From positions 65,596,001 to 65,660,000 of the forward strand of contig OZ024745.1 of the NCBI GenBank assembly GCA_964016885.1: a stretch of DNA of 64,000 nt, given 5' to 3'. This DNA comes from Eledone cirrhosa (Eukaryota). A program made the position numbers and the translations under genes. The notes beneath the pieces are model-generated. The model was not told the DNA's origin. It worked only from the letters and a program-made list of their open reading frames with translations, and searched no databases. Positions 40,001 through 54,447 of this stretch are shown here, piece after piece (positions within the stretch are counted from its first letter, which is position 1; every line of letters begins with the position of its first letter).

Positions 40001-43000
40001 TTTATGAATTTTATGAATTTTTGGAATTTTAGGAATTTTAGGAATTTTAGGAATTTTTCGGAATTTTCGGAATTTTATGAATTTTAGGAATTTTAGGAAT
40101 TTTAGGAATTTTAGTAATTTTATGAATTTTAGGAATTTTATGAATTTTAGGAATTTTAGGAATTTTATGAATTTTAGGATTTTTATGAATTTTTTGAATT
40201 TTAGGAATTTTAGGAATTTAGATATTTTAGGAATTTTAGGAATTTTAGGAATTTAAGGAATTTTTTGAATTTTAGGAATTTTAGGAATTTTAGGAATTTC
40301 TATGAATTTTAGGAATTTTAGGAATTTTAGGAATTTTAGGAATTTTAGGAATTTTAGGAATTTTAGGAATTTTATGAATTTTTGGAATTTTAGGAATTTT
40401 AGGAATTTTTTGAATTTTTCGGAATTTTCGGAATTTTATGAATTTTATGAATTTTAGGACTTTTATGAATTTTTAGGAATTTTATGAATTTTAGGAATTT
40501 TATGAATTTTAGGAATTTTATGAATTTTATGAATTTTAGGAATTTTATGAATTTTAGGATTTTTATGAATCTTTTGAATTTTAGGAATTTTTGGAATATT
40601 ATGAATTTTAGGAACATTAGAAATGTTATGAATTTTATGAATTTTATGAATTTTAGGAATTTTTGGAATTTTATGAATTTTATAAATTTTAGAAATGTTA
40701 TGAAATTTAGGAATTTTAGGAATTTTGGGAATTTTAGGAATTTTAGGAATTTTAGGAATTTTTATGTATTTTAGGAATTTTAAAAATTTTATGAATTTTA
40801 TGAATTTTATGAATTTTAGGAATTTTAGGAATTTTAGGAATTTTTTGAATTTTAGGAATTTTAGGAATTTTAGGAATTTTTATGTATTTTAGGAATTTTA
40901 GGAATTTTATGAATTTTAGGAATTTTAGGAATTTTATGAATTTTAGGAATTTTATGAATTTTATGGATTTTTGGAATTTTAGGAATCTTGAGGAATTTTT
41001 TTGAATTTTCGGAATTTTATGTATTTTTAGGAATTTTAGGAATTTTAGGAATTTTAGGAATTTTATAAATATTAGGAATTTTAGGAATATTAAGAATTTT
41101 AGGAATTTTAGGAATTTTTTGGAATTTTCGGAATTTTAAGAATTTTTAGGAATTTTAGGAATTTTATGAATTTTATGAATGTTATGAATTTTATGAATTT
41201 TATGAATTTTATGAATTTTTAGGAATTTTTATGTATTTTAGGAACTTTAGGAATTTTTGGAATTTTATTAATTTTATAAATTTTAGAAATGTTATGAAAT
41301 TTAGGAATTTTAGGAATTTTTTGAATTTTTGGAATTTTAGGAATTTTAGGAATTTTATGAATTTTGGAATTTTAGGAATTTTAGGAATTTTAGGAATTTT
41401 TTGAATTTTAGGAATTTTAGGAATTTTCGGAATTTTTATGTATTTTAGGAATTTTAGGAATTTTATGAATTTTATGAATTTTAGGAATTTTATGAATTAT
41501 ATGAATTTTTGGAATTTTAGAAATTTTGAGGAATTTTTTTGAATTTTCGGAATTTTATGTATTTTTAGGAATTTTAGGAATTTTAGGAATTTTAAGAATT
41601 TTAGGAATTTTAGGAATTTTTTGGAATTTTCGGAATTTTAGGAATTTTTAGGAATTTTAGGAATTTTAGGAATTTATGAATGTTATGAATTTTAGTAATT
41701 TTAGGAATTTTATAAATTTTATGAATTTTATGAATTTTAGGAATTTTAGGAATTTTAGGAATTTAGGAATTTTAGGAAGTTTAGGAATTTTAGGAATTTA
41801 AGGAATTTAAGGAATTTTAGGAATTTTATAAATTTTATGAATTTTAGGAATTTTATGAATTTTATGAAATTTAAGAATCTTAGGAATTTTTTGAATTTTT
41901 TGAATTTTAGGAATTTTAGTAATTTTATGAATTTTTAGGAATTTTATGAATTTTATGAATTTTAAAATTTTACGAATTTTAGTAATTTTAGGAATTTTAT
42001 AAATTTTATGAATTTTAGGAATTTTATGAATTTTATGAATTTTAGGAATTCAGATATTTTAGGAATTTTAGGAATTTTAGGAATTTAAGGAATTTTTTGA
42101 ATTTTAGGAATTTTCGGAATTTTAGGAATATCTATGAATGTTAGGAATTTTAGGAATTTTAGGAATTTTATGAATTTTATGAATTTTATGAATTTTATGA
42201 ATTTTTGGAATTTTAGGAATTTTAGGAATTTTAGGAATTTTTCGGAATTTTCGGAATTTTATGAATTTTAGGAATTTTAGGAATTTTAGGAATTTTTAGG
42301 AATTTTATGAATTTTAGTAATTTTATGAATTTTATGAATTTTAGGAATTTTATGAATTTTATGAATTTTATGAAATTTAGGATTTTTATGAATTTTATGA
42401 ATTTTAGGAATTTTAGGAATTTTAGGAATTTTAGGAATTTTTTGGAATTTTCGGAATTTAAGGAATTTTTAGGAATTTTAGGAATTTTAGGAATTTTATG
42501 AATGTTATGAAATTTATGAATTTTAGGAATTTTAGGATATTTATGGATTTTGGGAATTTTAGGAATGTTAGGAATTTTAAGAATTTTTGGAATTTTATGA
42601 ATTTTATGAATTTTAGAAATGTTATGAATTTTAAGAATTTTAGGAATTTCGGGAATTTGGGGAATTTTAGGAATTTTAGGAATTTTAGGAATTTTAAGAA
42701 TTTTAGGAATTTTAGGAATTTTAGGAATTTTAGGAATTTTAAGAATTTTAGGAATTTTAGGAATTTTTTGAATTTTCGTAATTTAATGAATTTTTAGGAA
42801 TTTTATGAGTTTTATCAATTTTAGGAATTTTAGGAATTTTAGGAATGTTAAGAATTTTATGAATTTTATGAATTTTAGGAATTTTAGGATTTTTATGAAT
42901 TTTTGGAATTTTAGGAATTTTAGGAATTTTAGGAATTTTAGGAATTTTTTTTAATTTTTGGAATATTATGAATTTTTAGGAATTTTCTGAATTTTCTGAA

Positions 43001-46000
43001 TTATATAAATTTTAGGAATTTTAGGAATTTTAAGAAATTCAAGAATTTTAGGAATTTTTTGAATTTTTTGTATTTTAGGAATTTTCGTAATTTTTCCGAA
43101 TTTTCGTAATTTTATGAATTTTTGGGAATTTTAGGAATTTTATGAATTTTATGAATTTTAGAATTTTACGAATTTTAGTAATTTTATGAATTTTATTAAT
43201 TTTATGAATTTTATGAATTTTATGGATTTTAGGAATTCAGATATTTTAGGAATTTTAGGAATTTTAGGAATTTAAGGAATTTTTTGAATTTTAGGAATTT
43301 TAGGAATTTTAGGAATTTCTATGCATTTTAGGAATTTTAGGAATTTTAGGAATTTTATGAATTTTATGAATTTTTGGAATTTTAGGAATTTAGGAATTTT
43401 AGGAATTTTTCGGAATTTTCGGAATTTTATGAATTTTAGGAATTTTAGGAATTTTAGGAATTTTAGGAATTTTAGGAATTTTAGGAATTTTAGGAATTTT
43501 AGGAATTTTTGGAATTTTAGGAATTTTAGGAATTTTAGGAATTTTTCGGAATTTTTGGAATTTTAGGAACATTAGAAATGTTATGAATTTTAGGAATTTT
43601 AGGAATTTTAGGAATTTTAGGAATTTTAGGAATTTTAATAATTTTAGGAATTTTAGGAATTTAAGGAATTTTAGGAATTTTAAGAATTTTAGGAATTTTA
43701 GGAATTTTTTGAATTTTCGGAATTTTAGGAATTTTAGGAATTTTAGGAATTTAGGAATTTTATTAATTTTAGGAATTTTATTAATTTTATGAATTTTAGG
43801 AATTTTAGGAATTTTAGGAATTTAGTTATTTTAGGAATTTTAGGAATTTTAGGAATTTAAGGAATTTTTTGAATTTTAGGAATTTTAGGAAATTTATGAA
43901 TTTCTATGAATTTTCGGAATTTTAGGAATTTTAGGAATTTTAGGAATTTAGGAATTTTATTAATTTTAGGAATTTTATTAATTTTATGAATTTTATGAAT
44001 TTTAGGAATTTTAGGAATTTAGTTATTTTAGGAATTTTAGGAATTTTAGGAATTTAAGGAATTTTTTGAATTTTAGGAATTTTAGGAAATTTATGAATTT
44101 CTATGAATTTTAGGAATTTTAGGAATTTTAGGAATTTTAGGAATTTTAGGAATTTTAGGAATTTTAGGAATTTTAGGAATTTTTGGAATTTTAGGAATTT
44201 TAGGAATTTTAGGAATTTTTAGGAATTTTCGGAATTTTAGGAACATTAGAAATGTTATGAATTTTAGGAATTTTAGGAATTTTAGGAATTTTAGGAATTT
44301 TAGGAATTTTAATAATTTTAGGAATTTTAGGAATTTTTGGAATTTTGGGAATTTTAGGAATTTTAGGAATTTTAGGAATTGTAGGAATTTTAGGAATTTT
44401 AGGAATTTTAGGAATTTTAGGATTTTAAGAATTTTAGGAATTTTAGGAATTTTAGGAATTTTAGGAATTTTAAGAATTTTAGGAATTTTAGGAACTTTAG
44501 GAATTTTTATGTATTTTAGGAATTTTAGGAATTTTATGAATTTTAGGAATTTTAGGAATTTTAGGAATTTTAGGAATTTTAGGAATTTTAGGAATTTTAG
44601 GAATTTTAGGATTTTAAGAATTTTAGGAATTTTAATAATTTTAGGAATTTTAGGAATTTTTGGAATTTTGGGAATTTTAGGAATTTTAGGAATTTTAGGA
44701 ATTTTAAGAATTTTAGGAATTTTAGGAATTTTTTGAATTTTCGGAATTTTAGGAATTTTAGGAATTTAGGAATTTTAGGAATTTTAGGAATTTTAGGAAT
44801 TTTTTGAATTTTAGGAATTTTAGGAATTTTAGGAACTTTAGGAATTTTTATGTATTTTAGGAATTTTAGGAATTTTATGAATTTTATGAATTTTAGGAAT
44901 TTTAGGAATTTTAGGAATTTTAGGAATTTTAGGAATTTTAGGAATTTTAGGATTTTAAGAATTTTAGGAATTTTAGGAATTTTAGGAATTTTAGGAATTT
45001 TAAGAATTTTAGGAATTTTCTGAATTTTTTTGAATTTTTGGAATTTTCTGAATTTTTAGGAATTTTCTGAATTTTCTGAATTATATTAATTTTAGGAATT
45101 TTATGAATTTTAGGAATTTTAATAATTTTAGGAATTTTAGGAATTTTTGGAATTTTGGGAATTTTAGGAATTTTAGGAATTTTAGGAATTTTAAGAATTT
45201 TAGGAATTTTAGGAATTTTTTGAATTTTCGGAATTTTAGGAATTTTAGGAATTTTAGGAATTTAGGAATTTTAGGAATTTTAGGAATTTTAGGAATTTTT
45301 TGAATTTTAGGAATTTTAGGAATTTTAGGAACTTTAGGAATTTTAGGAATTTTAGGAATTTTAGGAATTTTAGGAATTTTAGGAATTTTAGGAATTTTAG
45401 GAATTTTAGGATTTTAAGAATTTTAGGAATTTTAGGAATTTTAGGAATTTTAGGAATTTTAAGAATTTTAGGAATTTTAGGAATTTTTTTGAATTTTTTG
45501 AATTTTCTGAATTTTTAGGAATTTTCTGAATTTTCTGAATTATATAAATTTTAGGAATTTTATGAATTTTAAGAAATTCAAGAATTTTAGGAATTTTTTG
45601 AATTTTTTGAATTTTAGGAATTTTCGTAATTTTTTCGAATTTTCGTAATTTTATGAATTTTTAGGAATTTTATTAATTTTATGAATTTTATGAATTTTAT
45701 GAATTTTAGGAATTTAGTTATTTTAGGAATTTTAGGAATTTTAGGAATTTAATGAATTTTTTGAATTTTAGGAATTTTAGGAAATTTATGAATTTCTATG
45801 AATTTTAGGAATTTTAGGAATTTTAGGAATTTTAGGATTTTAAGAATTTTAGGAATTTTAGGAATTTTAGGAATTTTAGGAATTTTAAGAATTTTAGGAA
45901 TTTTAGGAACTTTAGGAATTTTTATGTATTTTAGGAATTTTAGGAATTTTATGAATTTTAGGAATTTTATGAATTTTAGGTATTTTAGGAATTTTAGGAA

Positions 46001-47289
46001 TTTTAGGAATTTTAGGAATTTTAGGATTTTAAGAATTTTAGGAATTTTAGGAATTTTAGGAATTTTAGGAATTTTAAGAATTTTAGGAATTTTAGGAATT
46101 TTTTGAATTCTCGGAATTTAATGAATTTTTAGGAATTTTATGAATTTTAGGAATTTTAGGAATTTTAGGAATTTTAGGAAGTTTAGGAATTTTAGGAATC
46201 TTAGGAATATTATGAACTTTTTGAATTTTAGGAATTTTATTAATTTTATGAATTTTATGAATTTTAGGAATTTTAATAATTTAAGGAATTTTATGAATTT
46301 TATGAATTTTAGGATATTTATGGATTTTTGGAATTTTAGGAATGTTAGGAATTTTAGGAATTTTAGGAATTTTAAGAATTTTAGGAATTTTAGGAATTTT
46401 ATGAATTTTATGAATTTTATGAATTTTAAGAATTTTAGGAATTTTAGGAATTTTTTGAATTTTCGGAATTTTAGGAATTTTTAGGAATTTTATGAATTTT
46501 AGGAATTTTATAAATTTTAGGAATTTTAGGAATTTTAGGAATTTTATTAATTTTATGAACTTTTTGGAATTTGAGGAATTTTACGAATTTTAGTAATTTT
46601 AGGAATTTTATAAATTTTATGAATTTTAGGAATTTTAGGAATTTTAGGAATTTTAGGAATTTTATGAATTTTATGTATTTTTAGGAATTTTAGGAATTTT
46701 AGGAATTTTAGGAATTGCAGGAATTTTTGGAATTTTATGAATTTTAAGAATTTTAGGAATTTTGAGGAATTTTTTGGAATTTTCGGAATTTTATGTATTT
46801 TTAGGAATTTTAGGAATTTTAGGAATTTTAATAATTTTATGAATTTTAGTAATTTTAGGAATTTTAAGAATTTTAGGAATTTTAGAAATTTTTTGGAATT
46901 TTAGGAATTTTAGGAATTTTAGGAATTTTAGGAATGTTATGAATTTTATGAATTTTAGGAATTTTAGGAATTTTTTTGAATTTTTGGAATTTTCTGAATT
47001 TTTAGGAATTTTCTGAATTTTCTGAATTATATAAATTTTAGGAATTTTATGAATTTTAAGAAATTCAAGAATTTTAGGAATTTTTTGAATTTTTTGAATT
47101 TTAGGAATTTTCGTAATTTTTTCGAATTTTCGTAATTTTATGAATTTTTAGGAATTTTATTAATTTTATGAATTTTATGAATTTTATGAATTTTATGAAT
47201 TTAGTTATTTTAGGAATTTTAGGAATTTTAGGAATTTAAGGAATTTTTTGAATTTTAGGAATTTTAGGAATTTTAGGAAATTTATTAAT

Positions 47290-48250
47290 TTCTATGAATT
47301 TTAGGAATTTTAGGAATTTTAGGAATTTTAGGAATTTTAGGAATTTTAGGAATTTTAGGAATTTTTGGAATTTTAGGAATTTTAGGAATTTTAGGAATTT
47401 TTCGGAATTTTAGGAATTTTAGGAACATTAGAAATGTTATGAATTTTAGGAATTTTAGGAATTTTAGGAATTTTAGGAATTTTAGGAATTTTAATAATTT
47501 TAGGAATTTTAGGAATTTTTGGAATTTTGGGAATTTTAGGAATTTTAGGAATTTTAGGAATTTTAGGAATTTTAAGAATTTTAGGAATTTTAGGAATTTT
47601 TTGAATTTTCGGAATTTTAGGAATTTTAGGAATTTTAGGAATTTAGGAATTTTATTAATTTTAGGAATTTTATTAATTTTATGAATTTTAGGAATTTTAG
47701 GAATTTTAGGAATTTTAGGAATTTTTGGAATTTTAGGAATTTTAGGAATTTTAGGAATTTTTCGGAATTTTCGGAATTTTAGGAACATTAGAAATGTTAT
47801 GAATTTTAGCAATTTTAGGAATTTTAGGAATTTTAGGAATTTTAGGAATTTTAATAATTTTAGGTATTTTAGGAATTTTTGGAATTTTGGGAATTTTAAG
47901 AATTTTAGGAATTTTAGGAATTTTAAGAATTTTAGGAATTTTAGGAATTTTTTGAATTTTCGGAATTTTAGGAATTTTAGGAATTTTAGGAATTTAGGAA
48001 TTTTATTAATTTTAGGAATTTTATTAATTTTATGAATTTTAGGAATTTTAGGAATTTTAGGAATTTTAGGAATTTTTGGAATTTTAGGAATTTTAGGAAT
48101 TTTAGGAATTTTTCGGAATTTTCGGAATTTTAGGAACATTAGAAATGTTATGAATTTTAGGAATTTTAGGAATTTTAGGAATTTTAGGAATTTTAGGAAT
48201 TTAGGAATTTTATTAATTTTAGGAATTTTATTAATTTTATGAATTTTAGG
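47290..48250 (+). repeat. ~351-360-bp (39-40-unit) local tandem higher-order repeat in array B, about 2.5 copies
   Basis: The marker AGGAACATTAGAAATGTTATG occurs at 47421, 47781 and 48132 (spacings 360 and 351), each followed by the same ATTAATTTTAGG...ATTAATTTTATG block. Confidence 0.85.
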
Positions 48251-48419
48251 AATTTTAGGAATTTTAGGAATTTTAGGAATTTTAGGAATTTTAGGATTTT
48301 AAGAATTTTAGGAATTTTAGGAATTTTAGGAATTTTAGGAATTTTAAGAATTTTAGGAATTTTAGGAATTTTTTGAATTCTCGGAATTTTAGGAATTTTT
48401 AGGAATTTTATGAATTTTA

Positions 48420-51400
48420 GGAATTTTATGAATTTTATGGATTTTTGGAATTTTAGGAATTTTGAGGAATTTTATAAATATTAGGAATTTTAGGAATATT
48501 AAGAATTTTAGGAATTTTAGGAATTTTTTGGAATTTTCGGAATTTTAAGAATTTTTAGGAATTTTAGGAATTTTATGAATTTTATGAATTTTATGAATTT
48601 TAGGAATTTTAGGATTTTTATGAATTTTTGGAATTTTAGGAATGTTAGGAATTTTTTGAATTTTCGCAATTTAATGAATTTTTAGGAATTTTATGAATTT
48701 TATGAATTTTATGAATTTTAGGAATTTTAGGAATTTTAGGAATTTTAGGAATTTTAGGAATCTTAGGAATTTTATGAACTTTTGGAATTTTTGGAATTTT
48801 AGGAATTTTAGGAATTTTAGGAATTTTAGGAATTTTAGGATTTTAAGAATTTTAGGAATTTTAGGAATTTTAGGAATTTTAGGAATTTTAAGAATTTTAG
48901 GAATTTTAGGAATTTTTTGAATTCTCGGAATTTAATGAATTTTTAGGAATTTTATGAATTTTATGAATTTTAGGAATTTTAGAAATATTAGGAAGTTTAG
49001 GAATTTTAGGAATCTTAGGAATTTTATGAACTTTTTGAATTTTAGGAATTTTATTAATTTTATGAATTTTATGAATTTTAGGAATTTTAATAATTTAAGG
49101 AATTTTATGAATTTTATGAATTTTATGAATTTTATGAATTTTAGGATATTTATGGATTTTTGGAATTTTAGGAATGTTAGGAATTTTAGGAATATTTGGA
49201 ATTTTATGAATTTTATGAATTTTAGAAATGTTATGAATTTTAAGAATTTTAGGAATTTTTGGAATTTTTGGAATTTTAGGAATTTTAGGAATTTTAGGAA
49301 TTTTAGGAATTTTAAGAATTTTAGGAATTTTAGGAGTTTTATGAATTTTATGAATTTTATGAATTTTAAGAATTTTAGGAATTTTAGGAATTTTTTGAAT
49401 TTTCGGAATTTTAGGAATTTTTAGGAATTTTATGAATTTTATGAATTTTATAAATTTTAGGAATTTTAGGAATTTTAGGAATTTTATTAATTTTATGAAC
49501 TTTTTGGAATTTGAGGAATTTTAGGAATTTTACGAATTTTAGTAATTTTAGGAATTTTATAAATTTTATGAATTTTAGGAATTTTAGGAATTTTATGAAT
49601 TTTAGGAATTTTAGGAATTTTATGAATTTTATGTATTTTTAGGAATTTTAGGAATTTTAGGAATTTTAGGAATTTTGGGAATTTTATGAATTTTATGAAT
49701 TTTAGAAATGTTATGAATTTTAGGAATTTTAGGGATTTTAGGAATTTTAGGAATTTTAAGAATTTTAGGAATTTTAGGAATTTTTTTGAATTTTTGGAAT
49801 TTTCTGAATTTTTAGGAATTTTCTGAATTTTCTGAATTATATAAATTTTAGGAATTTTATGAATTTTAAGAAATTCAAGAATTTTAGGAATTTTTTGAAT
49901 TTTTTGAATTTTAGGAGTTTTCGTAATTTTTTCGAATTTTCGTAATTTTATGAATTTTTAGGAATTTTATTAATTTTATGAATTTTATGAATTTTATGAA
50001 TTTTAGGAATTTAGTTATTTTAGGAATTTTAGGAATTTTAGGAATTTAAGGAATTTTTTGAATTTTAGGAATTTTAGGAAATTTATGAATTTCTATGAAT
50101 TTTAGGAATTTTAGGAATTTTAGGAATTTTAGGAATTTTAGGAATTTTTGGAATTTTAGGAATTTTAGGAATTTTAGGAATTTTTCGGAATTTTCGGAAT
50201 TTTATGAACATTAGAAATGTTATGAATTTTAGGAATTTTAGGAATTTTTTTGAATTTTTGGAATTTTCTGAATTTTTAGGAATTTTCTGAATGTTCTGAA
50301 TTATATAAATTTTAGGAATTTTATGAATTTTAAGAAATTCAAGAATTTTAGGAATTTTTTGAACTTTTTGAATTTTAGGAATTTTCGTAATTTTTTCGAA
50401 TTTTCGTAATTTTATGAATTTTTAGGAATTTTATTAATTTTATGAATTTTATGAATTTTATGAATTTTAGGAATTTAGTTATTTTAGGAATTTTAGGAAT
50501 TTTAGGAATTTAAGGAATTTTTTGAATTTTAGGAATTTTAGGAAATTTATGAATTTCTATGAATTTTAGGAATTTTAGGAATTTTAGGAATTTTAGGAAT
50601 TTTAGGAATTTTAGGAATTTTAGGAATTTTAGGAATTTTTGGAATTTTAGGAATTTTAGGAATTTTAGGAATTTTTCGGAATTTTCGGAATTTTAGGAAC
50701 ATTAGAAATGTTATGAATCTTAGGAATTTTAGGAATTTTAGGAATTTTAGGAATTTTAATAATTTTAGAAATTTTAGGAATTTTTGGAATTTTGGGAATT
50801 TTAGGAATTTTAGGAATTTTAAGAATTTTAGGAATTTTAGGAATTTTTTGAATTTTCGGAATTTTAGGAATTTTAGGAATTTTAGGAATTTAGGAATTTT
50901 AGGAATTTTAGGAATTATAGGAATTTTTTGAATTTTAGGAATTTTAGGAATTTTAGGAACTTTAGGAATTTTTATGTATTTTAGGAATTTTAGGAATTTT
51001 ATGAATTTTAGGAATTTTAGGAATTTTATGAATTTTATGAATTTTATGAATTTTAGGAATTTTGAGGAATTTTTTTGAATTTTCGGAATCTTATGTATTT
51101 TTAGGAATTTTAGGAATTTTAGCAATTTTAGGAATTTTAGGAATTTTGGGAATTTTAGGAATTTTATGAATTTTTAGGAATTTTAGGAATTTTAGGAATT
51201 TTATAAATATTAGGAATTTTAGGAATATTAAGAATTTTAGGAATTTTAGGAATTTTTTGGAATTTTCGGAATTTTAGGAATTTTTAGAAATTTTAGGAAT
51301 TTTATGAATTTTATGAATGTTATGAATTTTATGAATTTTTTGAATTTTAGGAATGTTAGGAATTTTAGGAATTTTTGGAATTTTATGAATTTTATGAATT

Positions 51401-54400
51401 TTAGAAATGTTATGAAATTTAGGAATTTTAGGAATTTTGGGAATTTTGGTAATTTTAGGAATTTTAGGAATTTTAGGAATTTTTGAATTTTAGGAATTTT
51501 AGGAATTTTAGGAATTTTTTGAATTTTAGGAATTTTAGGAATTTTAGGAATTTTTATGTATTTTAGGAATTTTAGGAATTTTAGGAATTTTAGGAATTTT
51601 AGGAATTTTAGGTATTTTATGAATTATATGAATTTTTTGAATTTTAGTAATTTTAGGAATTTTAGGAATTTTAGGAATTTTTATGTATTTTAGGAATTTT
51701 AGGAATTTTATGAATTTTAGGAATTTTAGGAATTTTAGGAATTTTAGGAATTTTATGAATTTTATGGATTTTTGGAATTTTAGGAATTTTGAGGAATTTT
51801 ATAAATATTAGGAATTTTAGGAATATTAAGAATTTTAGGAATTTTAGGAATTTTTTGGAATTTTCGGAATTTTAAGAATTTTTAGGAATTTTAGGAATTT
51901 TATGAATTTTATGAATTTTATGAATTTTAGGAATTTTAGGATTTTTATGAATTTTTGGAATTTTAGGAATGTTAGGAATTTTTTGAATTTTCGCAATTTA
52001 ATGAATTTTTAGGAATTTTATGAATTTTATGAATTTTATGAATTTTAGGAATTTTAGGAATTTTAGGAATTTTAGGAATCTTAGGAATTTTATGAACTTT
52101 TGGAATTTTTGGAATTTTAGGAATTTTAGGAATTTTAGGAATTTTAGGATTTTAAGAATTTTAGGAATTTTAGGAATTTTAGGAATTTTAGGAATTTTAA
52201 GAATTTTAGGAATTTTAGGAATTTTTTGAATTCTCGGAATTTAATGAATTTTTAGGAATTTTATGAATTTTATGAATTTTAGGAATTTTAGAAATATTAG
52301 GAAGTTTAGGAATTTTAGGAATCTTAGGAATTTTATGAACTTTTTGAATTTTAGGAATTTTATTAATTTTATGAATTTTATGAATTTTAGGAATTTTAAT
52401 AATTTAAGGAATTTTATGAATTTTATGAATTTTATGAATTTTATGAATTTTAGGATATTTATGGATTTTTGGAATTTTAGGAATGTTAGGAATTTTAGGA
52501 ATATTTGGAATTTTATGAATTTTATGAATTTTAGAAATGTTATGAATTTTAAGAATTTTAGGAATTTTTGGAATTTTTGGAATTTTAGGAATTTTAGGAA
52601 TTTTAGGAATTTTAGGAATTTTAAGAATTTTAGGAATTTTAGGAGTTTTATGAATTTTATGAATTTTATGAATTTTAAGAATTTTAGGAATTTTAGGAAT
52701 TTTTTGAATTTTCGGAATTTTAGGAATTTTTAGGAATTTTATGAATTTTATGAATTTTATAAATTTTAGGAATTTTAGGAATTTTAGGAATTTTATTAAT
52801 TTTATGAACTTTTTGGAATTTGAGGAATTTTAGGAATTTTACGAATTTTAGTAATTTTAGGAATTTTATAAATTTTATGAATTTTAGGAATTTTAGGAAT
52901 TTTATGAATTTTAGGAATTTTAGGAATTTTATGAATTTTATGTATTTTTAGGAATTTTAGGAATTTTAGGAATTTTAGGAATTTTGGGAATTTTATGAAT
53001 TTTATGAATTTTAGAAATGTTATGAATTTTAGGAATTTTAGGGATTTTAGGAATTTTAGGAATTTTAAGAATTTTAGGAATTTTAGGAATTTTTTTGAAT
53101 TTTTGGAATTTTCTGAATTTTTAGGAATTTTCTGAATTTTCTGAATTATATAAATTTTAGGAATTTTATGAATTTTAAGAAATTCAAGAATTTTAGGAAT
53201 TTTTTGAATTTTTTGAATTTTAGGAGTTTTCGTAATTTTATGAATTTTTAGGAATTTTATTAATTTTATGAATTTTATGAATTTTATGAATTTTAGGAAT
53301 TTAGTTATTTTAGGAATTTTAGGAATTTTAGGAATTTAAGGAATTTTTTGAATTTTAGGAATTTTAGGAAATTTATGAATTTCTATGAATTTTAGGAATT
53401 TTAGGAATTTTAGGAATTTTAGGAATTTTAGGAATTTTTGGAATTTTAGGAATTTTAGGAATTTTAGGAATTTTTCGGAATTTTCGGAATTTTATGAACA
53501 TTAGAAATGTTATGAATTTTAGGAATTTTAGGAATTTTTTTGAATTTTTGGAATTTTCTGAATTTTTAGGAATTTTCTGAATGTTCTGAATTATATAAAT
53601 TTTAGGAATTTTATGAATTTTAAGAAATTCAAGAATTTTAGGAATTTTTTGAACTTTTTGAATTTTAGGAATTTTCGTAATTTTTTCGAATTTTCGTAAT
53701 TTTATGAATTTTTAGGAATTTTATTAATTTTATGAATTTTATGAATTTTATGAATTTTAGGAATTTAGTTATTTTAGGAATTTTAGGAATTTTAGGAATT
53801 TAAGGAATTTTTTGAATTTTAGGAATTTTAGGAAATTTATGAATTTCTATGAATTTTAGGAATTTTAGGAATTTTAGGAATTTTAGGAATTTTAGGAATT
53901 TTAGGAATTTTAGGAATTTTAGGAATTTTTGGAATTTTAGGAATTTTAGGAATTTTAGGAATTTTTCGGAATTTTCGGAATTTTAGGAACATTAGAAATG
54001 TTATGAATCTTAGGAATTTTAGGAATTTTAGGAATTTTAGGAATTTTAATAATTTTAGAAATTTTAGGAATTTTTGGAATTTTGGGAATTTTAGGAATTT
54101 TAGGAATTTTAAGAATTTTAGGAATTTTAGGAATTTTTTGAATTTTCGGAATTTTAGGAATTTTAGGAATTTTAGGAATTTAGGAATTTTAGGAATTTTA
54201 GGAATTATAGGAATTTTTTGAATTTTAGGAATTTTAGGAATTTTAGGAACTTTAGGAATTTTTATGTATTTTAGGAATTTTAGGAATTTTATGAATTTTA
54301 GGAATTTTAGGAATTTTATGAATTTTATGAATTTTATGAATTTTAGGAATTTTGAGGAATTTTTTTGAATTTTCGGAATCTTATGTATTTTTAGGAATTT

Positions 54401-54447
54401 TAGGAATTTTAGCAATTTTAGGAATTTTAGGAATTTTGGGAATTTTA
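48420..54447 (+). repeat. ~3.3-kb tandem duplication in array B (~48420-51157 vs ~51750-54447)
   Basis: Matching ORF pairs: 48693/52020 (offset 3327), 48954/52263 (3309), 50713/54003 and 50547/53837 (3290). Shared rare variants are TTCGCAATT, GGAATCTTATGTA and AGCAATTTT (51121/54411). Confidence 0.92.
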
